Position numbers and translations under genes: made by a program. Positions 8,601 through 16,026 of a stretch of DNA of 39,951 nucleotides are shown here, piece by piece. Position 1 is the first letter of the stretch, and every line of letters starts with the position of its first letter. Below the pieces are notes generated by a model that was not told the origin of the DNA, did no database searches, and saw only the letters and a list, made by a program, of their open reading frames with translations. The DNA is from a virus (taxonomy: Duplodnaviria; Caudoviricetes): IMG/VR virus record IMGVR_UViG_3300037851_000171, positions 1-39,951 of that record; one strand, given 5' to 3'.

Positions 8601-8797
8601 GCGCCCTTGCCTACATGGTGAAGCGCTGGTGGCTGAAGCGGCAGCTGGCGCTGTGCCGCTACCGGCTGGCCGAACTCGACCGGATCGTCGAGCGCGAGCG
8701 GCACGCCGTGCTGTACCAAGAGCAGCACCTGAACGCCGCCCTGCGGGATCTGGAGGTGCGGCAGCACTTCAAGCGGCTGGCTCGGGGGCTGCAGTGA
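8597..8797 (+). CDS. Hypothetical coiled-coil protein
   Basis: GTGA overlaps with both neighbours. Confidence 0.6.
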   Translation: MSALAYMVKRWWLKRQLALCRYRLAELDRIVERERHAVLYQEQHLNAALRDLEVRQHFKRLARGLQ

Positions 8798-9012
8798 ACT
8801 GGCGCGCGCTGCAGGACCGCAGGGACATGGCCGTGGCGCTCGGCACGCTGGCCGCCGGCCTGGTCGCGCTAGGCATGGCGCTGGGCGAGCGGCAGGAGAG
8901 GCTGCGGATCCGCGCGGAAGCGGAGTGCCCGGCGCCGGGCGCCTACCGCCGCGTGATGCACATCAACGGCAGCGACATCACCGTGCGCTGCTTCTATCGG
9001 GAGAAGTCGTGA
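8794..9012 (+). CDS. Hypothetical membrane-anchored protein
   Basis: GTG 8794. Hydrophobic MAVALGTLAAGLVALGMAL. GTGA overlap with the next gene. Confidence 0.55.
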   Translation: MNWRALQDRRDMAVALGTLAAGLVALGMALGERQERLRIRAEAECPAPGAYRRVMHINGSDITVRCFYREKS

Positions 9013-9806
9013 CCACCGTCACCATCCGCGCCTCGTCCATCAAGACGCTGCTGGACTGCCCGGCGCGCTTCGAGGCCACGCAGATCCGGGGCATGCGCAT
9101 GCCGTCGAACGGCAAGGCGACGCTCGGCAAGGCCGTCCACGCCAGCACGGCCGTATTCGACCAGGCGAAGCTGGACGGCAACCCGCTGCTGGCGGACGAG
9201 GCCGCAGGCGCCCTTGTGGACGCGATCCACCGGCCAGACGAGGAGGTGCAGTGGGACGAGGACATGGCGCCCAGCGACGCCGAATCCATCGGCCTGGCGC
9301 TGCACCGAAAGTATTGCGACGTGATCGCCCCGGCGCAGGACTACGTGGCCGTCGAGGCCACCTGCGAGCGCCTCGAGATCACCGACCTCGGGATCGCGCT
9401 GACCGGCACCACGGATCGCATCCGGCGCGTCGGTGACGGGTACGGCATCGCCGACCTGAAGACCGGGAAGGCGGCCGTCAGGACGGACGGCAGCGTCGAC
9501 GTGTCAAAGCACGTCGTGCAGCTGGGCGTGTACGAGCTGCTGGCCGAGAACGCCATCGGCATGCAGATGACGGCGCCCGCGCAGATCGTCGGCATGCAAA
9601 CCGGAAAAACAGACAAGGCGCAGCGGGTGGGCACGGCCGACGTGCACACCGCGCGCGAGCTGCTGATCGGGACGCAGGACCAACCCGGCGTGCTCGAATA
9701 CGCCGCCAAGCTGATTCACCAGGGACTGTTCTACGGGAACGCATCGTCGCCGATGTGCGACCCGAAGTATTGCCCCGCCTACAACCAGTGCCACTTTAGG
9801 AGGTAA
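9009..9806 (+). CDS. PD-(D/E)XK exonuclease (RecB/Cas4-like)
   Basis: RASS...DCP, LGKAVH, LTGTTDRI...IADLKTG, QLGVY, C-terminal CDPKYCPAYNQC. Confidence 0.85.
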   Translation: MTTVTIRASSIKTLLDCPARFEATQIRGMRMPSNGKATLGKAVHASTAVFDQAKLDGNPLLADEAAGALVDAIHRPDEEVQWDEDMAPSDAESIGLALHRKYCDVIAPAQDYVAVEATCERLEITDLGIALTGTTDRIRRVGDGYGIADLKTGKAAVRTDGSVDVSKHVVQLGVYELLAENAIGMQMTAPAQIVGMQTGKTDKAQRVGTADVHTARELLIGTQDQPGVLEYAAKLIHQGLFYGNASSPMCDPKYCPAYNQCHFRR

Positions 9807-9808
9807 AC

Positions 9809-10525
9809 ATGGCCGCCCAACCCCAAACCCTTGAGAACCTGCGGCAGGTAGCCGCCCAGCCCCGCGAGGCGAACATGCCGACCGTCCGCGCCGGCTTTTC
9901 CGACTTGGCCGGCTTCGAGCTGGCGCAGCGCGCCGCGAAGGCGCTGTCCATGTCGTCCCTGGTCCCGCAGAACTACCGCGGGAACCTGCCGGACTGCGTG
10001 GTGGCGCTGGAACTGGCGCAGCGCATCGGCGCATCGCCCCTGATGGTGATGCAGAACCTCTACGTGGTGCACGGCCGCCCGTCCTGGTCCGCGCAGTTCC
10101 TGGTGGCCGCCGTCAACCAGTGCGGCCGCTTCACGGCGCTGCAGTACGAATGGACCGGGAAGCCGAATACCGACGACTGGACCTGCCGCGCCTGGGCGAA
10201 GGACAAGTCAACCGGCGAGCGCGTCCAGGGACCGGCCGTCAGCATCAAGATGGCCAAGGACGAAGGCTGGTACTCCAAGAACGGATCGAAGTGGAAGACG
10301 ATCCCCGAGCTGATGCTGATGTACCGGGCGGCCACGTTCTTCGCGCGCACCAACGCGCCGGAGCTGACGATGGGGCTGCAGACGGCCGAGGAAGTCCACG
10401 ACACCTACGACGCGACGCGAGCGGCAGGCGGCGGCTTCGAGGTGTCCGATCTGAAGTCCGGCGGCACGGTGATCGACGAGGACACCGGCGAGGTGCGGGA
10501 TCAGCCGGCCGGAGAGGCGGCGTAA
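9809..10525 (+). CDS. RecT/Redbeta-like single-strand annealing protein
   Basis: SLVPQNYRGNLPDC...PLMVMQNLYVVHGRPSW...KWKTIPELMLMYRA. Follows the exonuclease; AGGAGG RBS. Confidence 0.8.
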   Translation: MAAQPQTLENLRQVAAQPREANMPTVRAGFSDLAGFELAQRAAKALSMSSLVPQNYRGNLPDCVVALELAQRIGASPLMVMQNLYVVHGRPSWSAQFLVAAVNQCGRFTALQYEWTGKPNTDDWTCRAWAKDKSTGERVQGPAVSIKMAKDEGWYSKNGSKWKTIPELMLMYRAATFFARTNAPELTMGLQTAEEVHDTYDATRAAGGGFEVSDLKSGGTVIDEDTGEVRDQPAGEAA

Positions 10526-10824
10526 TGGCCGCCTACCAGCAGAAGCCGAACAGCGGCACGGTGTTCAAGGCGAAGTGCCGCAAGTCGGACTCCCACCCCA
10601 GCGGCGAGGGGTCCGGCGTGCTGCATTGTCCGAGCTGTCACAGCGAGGTCGAGTTCTGGATCTCCAGCTGGCGGAACACCACGAAGTCCGGCGAGCCGTA
10701 CCAGAAGCTGTCCTTCAAGCCGAAAGGCGAGCGGCAGGAGAAGACGGCGGACACGCCGCCTGCCGAGCCGCAGAAGCCTACCGGGACGAAGTTCGACGAC
10801 ATCACCGGGGAAATTCACTTCTGA
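10525..10824 (+). CDS. Probable ssDNA-binding protein (99 aa)
   Basis: NSGTVFK...HP...FWISSW...YQKLSFKPK with an acidic C-tail FDDITGEIHF. TAATG coupling to the recombinase. Confidence 0.6.
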   Translation: MAAYQQKPNSGTVFKAKCRKSDSHPSGEGSGVLHCPSCHSEVEFWISSWRNTTKSGEPYQKLSFKPKGERQEKTADTPPAEPQKPTGTKFDDITGEIHF

Positions 10825-10826
10825 CC

Positions 10827-10916
10827 ATGACCGCCATCCTCATACTGATCCTCGGCTGGGCGGTGGCGGTCCTTTTCATCGTGGCCATCTTGATCGGCAG
10901 CGGGAGGAAGGATTGA
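10827..10916 (+). CDS. 29-aa single-pass membrane peptide
   Basis: MTAILILILGWAVAVLFIVAILIGSGRKD. Confidence 0.45.
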   Translation: MTAILILILGWAVAVLFIVAILIGSGRKD

Positions 10917-11041
10917 TGGACTCGCTCCTGGCATTCATCGGCAGGCCGCCGGCAAAACGTCCCAAGGGGCGCGCGGTGTCTGGTTACGCCGGAAAGCATT
11001 GTGAACAAACCGAACAATACACGCAGTCGGAGGACCAGCAA

Positions 11042-11290
11042 ATGCCCAGGGGAATCTACGAACGCAAGCCGAGGAAGGCGAAACCCGCAGCGCCGGTGGT
11101 TGAAAGTGCAGCGAATGACTGCAAATCCGCGCCCGAAACTGCACCCGAAAACTGCAAGCGCAGCGCCTACTTTGTCGTGTGGGACGATGGCCGCGTGGAG
11201 ATCCACGACGACAATGACAAGCTGATCATGCTCGCGCCGCACGAGGCCCGCCGCCTGGTTGAGTTCATCACGCGGCTCTGCGGCCAGTAA
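11042..11290 (+). CDS. Hypothetical protein
   Basis: GGAGG RBS before MPRGIYERKPRK. The ORF could extend upstream to 10913. Confidence 0.6.
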   Translation: MPRGIYERKPRKAKPAAPVVESAANDCKSAPETAPENCKRSAYFVVWDDGRVEIHDDNDKLIMLAPHEARRLVEFITRLCGQ

Positions 11291-11295
11291 GAGGA

Positions 11296-11655
11296 GTGGC
11301 TGACATGAACGACCTTGTGAAGCGGCTGCGCGCTTGTTGCGAGTGCGAACAAGCTCCGTTAGGTCCATTACTCGGCAACGCCGCCGACCGCATCGAGGAA
11401 CTAGAGGCGCAAGTCGCGGCGCTCAAGGCCGAGCTGGAAGTAGCAAAACTAGATTCGGATCGAATCGACAAGCTGGAGCAATCCGTATTGGACGGTTCCT
11501 ACTTGAGCATCCTCAACGATGTTGTATACACGACGAAACGGATGCACGAAATATTCGGCCCCGGCCCATCGTTGAGAACCGTTATTGATTCGCTCGTCCC
11601 AGCCATGGACGCAGATACAAAAGCCGCCATCGACGCGGCGAGGCGCGGCGCCTAG
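11296..11655 (+). CDS. Hypothetical coiled-coil protein
   Basis: NDLVKRLR...AADRIEELEAQVAAL...AAIDAARRG, a typical early accessory gene. Confidence 0.65.
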   Translation: MADMNDLVKRLRACCECEQAPLGPLLGNAADRIEELEAQVAALKAELEVAKLDSDRIDKLEQSVLDGSYLSILNDVVYTTKRMHEIFGPGPSLRTVIDSLVPAMDADTKAAIDAARRGA

Positions 11656-11657
11656 CC

Positions 11658-11723
11658 ATGTTCCTGACCGACCCCGAGCTGCAGGAGCTGACCGGCTACG
11701 TGCTGCCGGGCGCGCATGTATAG
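11658..11723 (+). pseudogene. Truncated DUF4224/excisionase-like gene (21 codons)
   Basis: MFLTDPELQELTGYVLPGAHV-stop matches the N-terminus of small phage Xis-like proteins and ends where the GIY-YIG gene starts. Confidence 0.55.
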
Positions 11724-12147
11724 GCACGACGAAAACTTGTACGAGTCCATGTGGATCGCCACGCCTTGGCGAGACGAGAAGCTGCGCACGGAGCCGTGGC
11801 TGGAAAAGCACTTCGACGACTTCTTCCTGACGCAGTCGCAAATCTCGGCGATTGCCGTCCACCGAAAGCATGCGGACATAGGCGGCCAGGGGATCTACTT
11901 CCTGCTTCTCGGTGAACAGATCGTTTACGTCGGCATCTCGAACCAGATCAGCGCGAGGGTGATCATGCACATCCGGGACGGCGAGAAGACATTCGACAGG
12001 GTGGCGATCATCCAGGCGCCGGAGTTCATTGCCAAGTTCATGGAAGCGATTTATTACGAGATCCTGCGCCCGGAGCACAACGTGAGGCCGGAGCGGTTTT
12101 ATGGCGAATCCCACCGCCTGCTGTCGATGGCAAGGAAGCGGCTGTGA
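11716..12147 (+). CDS. GIY-YIG nuclease family protein
   Basis: GIYFLL...IVYVGIS...R..H...E...LRPEHN. Confidence 0.8.
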   Translation: MYRHDENLYESMWIATPWRDEKLRTEPWLEKHFDDFFLTQSQISAIAVHRKHADIGGQGIYFLLLGEQIVYVGISNQISARVIMHIRDGEKTFDRVAIIQAPEFIAKFMEAIYYEILRPEHNVRPERFYGESHRLLSMARKRL

Positions 12148-12344
12148 ACTGTCCCACCTGCGGACACGGCGAGAACCGCGTGCTGGCCACGCAAGGCGGC
12201 AGCGAGCGTGTGACCAGGCTGCGGCAGTGCTGCCAATGCGGGAAGCGCTGGAAGACGGCAGAGGCGCCGCTGGAAGTGCTGGAGCGCGCCGAGAGGGTGC
12301 TGTCCGCCGCGCGCCAGCTGCAGGTGCTGGCCGGCGAGGTATAG
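12144..12344 (+). CDS. NrdR-like zinc-ribbon protein
   Basis: CPTCG...RVLAT...RLRQCCQCGKRWKTAE. Confidence 0.7.
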   Translation: MNCPTCGHGENRVLATQGGSERVTRLRQCCQCGKRWKTAEAPLEVLERAERVLSAARQLQVLAGEV

Positions 12345-12353
12345 TCTCGCGTC

Positions 12354-13526
12354 ATGGGCAGGGACAGAACCCGCAACAAGCGCTACCCGGTCGGCTGGAA
12401 GCTGGTCGCCGGGATCATATACTTCGTGCCCACGAACGCCGGGGACCGCGAGATCGTGCGCGCCATCAACGGCAAGTGTTCCATCCGCCTGGGCAGGACG
12501 CACGACGAGGCCGCCGAAACCTACGCCCGCCTGATCGTTAAGGCGCGCACCAGGCGCGACGACGTGGAGCCTGGAACGGTGGCGGAAATCGTGGACCGCG
12601 CCATCCGCGAGTACCTTCCGTCCGTCAAGGTGGACAAGACGCGCACGGAACGCAAGCGCCACCTCGAGGAACTGCGCAGGCTGTTCGGCCAGCGCCGCTA
12701 CGCGCGCGACGTGTACGAGGCGTCCAGGGACCGCGTGTCCACTTTCCTGCGCGCCATGGACGTCCAGAAGCACATCCACGACTGCAGCGGCACGCGGCCG
12801 GTGGCTGTGAACCGCGAAGTGCGCACCTGGGAGATCGCCTTCCAGTGGGCGCGCGCGCCGTGGGGACTGACGGAATATAACCCGGCTTCCGGCCTGCAGA
12901 TGAACGACGAGAAGCCGCGGCGCGTCCTGCCCGGCGATGCCGACATCTTCAAGCTGTACCGCCACCTGGACACGCCAGCGCGCTGGATGGTGGCGATGAT
13001 CCGCTTCTACGGCCGGCGCAAGGTGGAGCTGCTCGGCCTGCACATGAGCGACGTGCAGGAGGACGGCATCCACTTCAGGCGCGGCAAGGATGCTGACGCG
13101 CGGCCGATCCTGGTGCTGTGGGACAGCAGGCTGCGCAAGATGCACGCGCGCCTGATGCGCTGGCGCGAGGAAGTGATCAGGCCGACGCGCGGGAAGCGCA
13201 AGGCACCCGCCGTCGTGTCCACCGCGCTGCTGCTGAATCGGCGCGGCGCCGCGTACACCGAAACCGGATTTAATTCGGCCAGGAAGCGCGCCATGGTAGC
13301 CGCCGGGATACAAGGCGCTTTTACCTTCCATGACATGCGGAAGTCCCGCGCGCAGACGCTGGACAGGGAAAAAGCGGTCACGGTACTGGCGCACGATGAT
13401 CCGCGGACCACTGCTGCGGTGTACCGGCCAGGACCGATTATCGTGGACATGCGCGACGAGGCGGATCGCGGAATTCGGAAAAAGGTTTCCGAATTAGGAA
13501 AAAAGGCCACCCGGAGGCGGCCTTAA
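12354..13526 (+). CDS. int: Tyrosine integrase
   Basis: YGRRKVEL (catalytic R), FHDMR (HxxR), LAH...VY. Adjacent to a tRNA-derived attP. Confidence 0.9.
   Translation: MGRDRTRNKRYPVGWKLVAGIIYFVPTNAGDREIVRAINGKCSIRLGRTHDEAAETYARLIVKARTRRDDVEPGTVAEIVDRAIREYLPSVKVDKTRTERKRHLEELRRLFGQRRYARDVYEASRDRVSTFLRAMDVQKHIHDCSGTRPVAVNREVRTWEIAFQWARAPWGLTEYNPASGLQMNDEKPRRVLPGDADIFKLYRHLDTPARWMVAMIRFYGRRKVELLGLHMSDVQEDGIHFRRGKDADARPILVLWDSRLRKMHARLMRWREEVIRPTRGKRKAPAVVSTALLLNRRGAAYTETGFNSARKRAMVAAGIQGAFTFHDMRKSRAQTLDREKAVTVLAHDDPRTTAAVYRPGPIIVDMRDEADRGIRKKVSELGKKATRRRP
13499..13524 (-). terminator. Terminator downstream of the reconstituted tRNA
   Basis: GGCCGCC-TCCG-GGTGGCC followed by TTTTTT on the minus strand. 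Confidence 0.65.
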
Positions 13527-13539
13527 GTCTTTGATTTGT

Positions 13540-13588
<49 letters not shown>

Positions 13589-13865
13589 CGCCGCAACGTG
13601 CAGCATCAATTTGATTTTCCGCGCAATTCAGGGTGGCGCTTTTCCGAATTGTGCTGCCTGAAACGGCCAAAAAGCCCTAGCACTGGCGGGGCACCTGCCG
13701 GAATTCGGAAAACTTTTCAGTGCACCAGCACCGCCCGGACGTCCCTGACCAAGCGCGGCCGGTAGCAGCGCAGCTTGGCGATCATGTGCACACTCTGGCT
13801 GGACAGCACAACGTCGCGGTAAAGCGCCAGCAGCTGCACCACGCCGGCCGTCCTGCGGCGGCGCT

Positions 13866-14180
13866 TCACGGCTCCCAGTCCTGCTTCTCGTCCGGCCAGA
13901 TCGGCGCGTCCCCGTCTCCGGTGCGGTAGCGGTCCTTCACGAAGGCGTTGGAGTCGGTGAGGCCGGCGTCCCGAGCGTAGCGGCGCAGCATCACCTGCCA
14001 GCCACAGGCCGGCGTGTAGTCCCGGTGCGCCGGATCCCACGGCTTGACGCCGTCTCCGCTGGCGGTCGGCTTGCGTTCCTGCACGGCCTCTGCGGCCGGA
14101 AGCCATGGATGCGCCTCGCCGCTCGGGTCGAGGATAGACGCGATCTTGCGCAGGACTGCCGCCATTTCCATATTGTTCAT
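13866..14180 (-). CDS. Hypothetical protein
   Basis: 104-aa ORF with ATGA overlap to the spanin gene and a GAGG RBS. Confidence 0.6.
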   Translation of the reverse strand: MNNMEMAAVLRKIASILDPSGEAHPWLPAAEAVQERKPTASGDGVKPWDPAHRDYTPACGWQVMLRRYARDAGLTDSNAFVKDRYRTGDGDAPIWPDEKQDWEP

Positions 14181-14692
14181 GGGGTCACCTCGAGTTGCTG
14201 TTTGATCCAGAGCTGGAGGGCGGCGAGCTGCTCGGCGTTGGTATGGCAGGCGTCGTAGTTCCCAGCAATGGTGCGGATGGCATCGGCTGCAGCGACCGGG
14301 GCTTCTGCATTAACTCTGCCGGCGGCGCCGGAAACGGATCCCTCGCAGCAGGACAGGTCGTGCAGCCTGCGGAAATACCCAGCCAGGTCAGGAGCACCAG
14401 GCGGGACGGATCGCTCAATCTCACGGATCACCTCCTCTCCATGTTGGTTCACCACGCGCACCCTGTCCCGGTACTGGACGACCACGCGCTCCGTCACCGC
14501 CCGCCGCTTGCCGGCGAGGACGGCGGCCAGCCTGTCCGCTTCCCTGATCTCGGCCTGCGCCGCCCCTTCCCGCGCGTCCCATCCGGCCTGTCTGCCCTTC
14601 CAGTAGGCCGCCCCGTAGCTACCCACCACCAGCAGTGCCACGATCAGCCAGCGGCCTATAGGGCCGCCTAGGAAGGTCAGAAAAGCAACCAC
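14177..14692 (-). CDS. i-spanin (Rz-like)
   Basis: N-terminal TM (WLIVALLVVGSYGAAY) followed by a helical periplasmic region. The GTG 14692 start is an estimate. Confidence 0.7.
   Translation of the reverse strand: MVAFLTFLGGPIGRWLIVALLVVGSYGAAYWKGRQAGWDAREGAAQAEIREADRLAAVLAGKRRAVTERVVVQYRDRVRVVNQHGEEVIREIERSVPPGAPDLAGYFRRLHDLSCCEGSVSGAAGRVNAEAPVAAADAIRTIAGNYDACHTNAEQLAALQLWIKQQLEVTP
14185..14424 (-). CDS. o-spanin lipoprotein (Rz1-like), embedded in the i-spanin gene
   Basis: Lipobox LVLLTWLGISAG-C and a Pro-rich mature part (PFPAPPAELMQKP), in an alternative frame. Confidence 0.7.
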   Translation of the reverse strand: MRLSDPSRLVLLTWLGISAGCTTCPAARDPFPAPPAELMQKPRSLQPMPSAPLLGTTTPAIPTPSSSPPSSSGSNSNSR

Positions 14693-14806
14693 ACGAACCC
14701 CACGGCGGACGCTGCCCCGATTCCAACTCCGGCGAAAAAGCTGCGGTTCTCCGGCGTCAAGGCCGTCCAGGCGGCGACGAGGCCGTGCCGAATGTTCTCC
14801 CACGCC

Positions 14807-15097
14807 TCACGAATTGCCGTTCCCATGTTCCCTCCTGTCCGCGATGACCACTGGTCGAGTTGCGCGCGTCTGCATGTAGGAATTGATGGCGAGCGTCACC
14901 AGTCCCAAAGGCGCCGCGGCCGTGGCTGCGATTACGCCTGCCGCGCCGGTGAGATCCTTGCCGGCGGCCAGAGCCGTGCTGGCAAAGGCCTGCGACCAGA
15001 CGAGCAGGTCCCACGCGAGCCATATCTGCGCGCCGATCAGGATCCGGCTGAACCAGCCGGCGTCAAGCTGCTTGGCGATCCGCGCCAGCAGATTCAT
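14807..15097 (-). CDS. Probable holin
   Basis: Two hydrophobic segments and a charged C-terminus, between endolysin and spanins. Confidence 0.65.
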   Translation of the reverse strand: MNLLARIAKQLDAGWFSRILIGAQIWLAWDLLVWSQAFASTALAAGKDLTGAAGVIAATAAAPLGLVTLAINSYMQTRATRPVVIADRREHGNGNS

Positions 15098-15476
15098 CCG
15101 GGTATTCCCTCCAGGGAAGCTGGAAATGCGGCCCGTCCGGAAAACTGGTCCAGTCGCCGCCCCACTCCAGCGATATTGCGAGCGCCCTGGCGCTGGCCTT
15201 CATCTTGGCCGCGAGCTGGTGGTAGAGCGGCCAGTCCCAGCGCACCTCGTCGTCCAGCAGCACGGCCAGGTCGACGGCGTGTCCGGTCAGGTGGCGGCTT
15301 TTCATGGTCCTCGAGGCGCCCGCGCGCACCAGCTCGGCTTGGCGCATGAGGGTCCTCACGCCCTCTGTGACGATGAACGGCATGCCGCCGATCTCGGCGC
15401 AGCGCCGCACGACGGCAATCAGGTGCGGGTGGACGCCGCGCAGCCTGGCCTCGGAGCGCGCGTCGAGCTGGCTCAT
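15063..15476 (-). CDS. Endolysin, M15-family peptidase
   Basis: EGVRT...Q...SRHLTGHAVD...WGGDW...DGPHFQL. Confidence 0.92.
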   Translation of the reverse strand: MSQLDARSEARLRGVHPHLIAVVRRCAEIGGMPFIVTEGVRTLMRQAELVRAGASRTMKSRHLTGHAVDLAVLLDDEVRWDWPLYHQLAAKMKASARALAISLEWGGDWTSFPDGPHFQLPWREYPDESAGADRQAA

Positions 15477-15766
15477 CTCACCGACCGCCCGTTGATGATG
15501 AGCTGGTCTAGCTTGGCGTTGATGCGGTCCAGGTCGGCCTTGATCTCAAGCCTCAGCCGATCGCGCTCGGTATCCTGGCGTGCCTCGTTTGCGAGCCGCT
15601 CCTGCCTGCCTACTACGAGAGTGCGCTCCACGTTCACGAGCCGCTCGTCAACTTTTGCCGCCCAGATGAGCGCAGGGATCCCCAGCAGCAGCAAACCGGC
15701 GATATCAGTGACGCTGACCTCGCGCGACAGGTGGAATCCAGATTTGTTCTGATTTTCTGCGGCCAT
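15473..15766 (-). CDS. Single-TM coiled-coil membrane protein (lysis-associated)
   Basis: IAGLLLLGIPALIWAA followed by a coiled coil. GAGGGG RBS, directly before the endolysin. Confidence 0.65.
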   Translation of the reverse strand: MAAENQNKSGFHLSREVSVTDIAGLLLLGIPALIWAAKVDERLVNVERTLVVGRQERLANEARQDTERDRLRLEIKADLDRINAKLDQLIINGRSVR

Positions 15767-15783
15767 TCGCAGACCCCTCAATG

Positions 15784-16011
15784 TCACGTAGCGTCAATGT
15801 CGGAAACACCGGCCTGCGCCGCGTTCAATGCCCTCGCCACTTCATACTTGCGCACATCGTTCTTCAGCAAAGCGATCAGGTGCTGCTTCACTTCCGCGGT
15901 AGTCGCGCCCCGCGGCGTCCCGTCCGCATTCTTCAATCGGTACAGGCTCCCAATCGCATCGGAAACGCGCTGCGCCGCACCGGGTGGTATGTCTATCGTG
16001 ATCGTCGCCAT
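15784..16011 (-). CDS. Hypothetical protein
   Basis: 75-aa ORF after the fibre gene. Confidence 0.6.
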   Translation of the reverse strand: MATITIDIPPGAAQRVSDAIGSLYRLKNADGTPRGATTAEVKQHLIALLKNDVRKYEVARALNAAQAGVSDIDAT

Positions 16012-16026
16012 CTTCTGTCCCGCCCA

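Noticed and set aside
13717-13869. 50-codon minus-strand ORF after the lysis region
   Set aside because: It has a GTGA overlap but no recognisable features and runs up to the attP arm sites, so support is insufficient.
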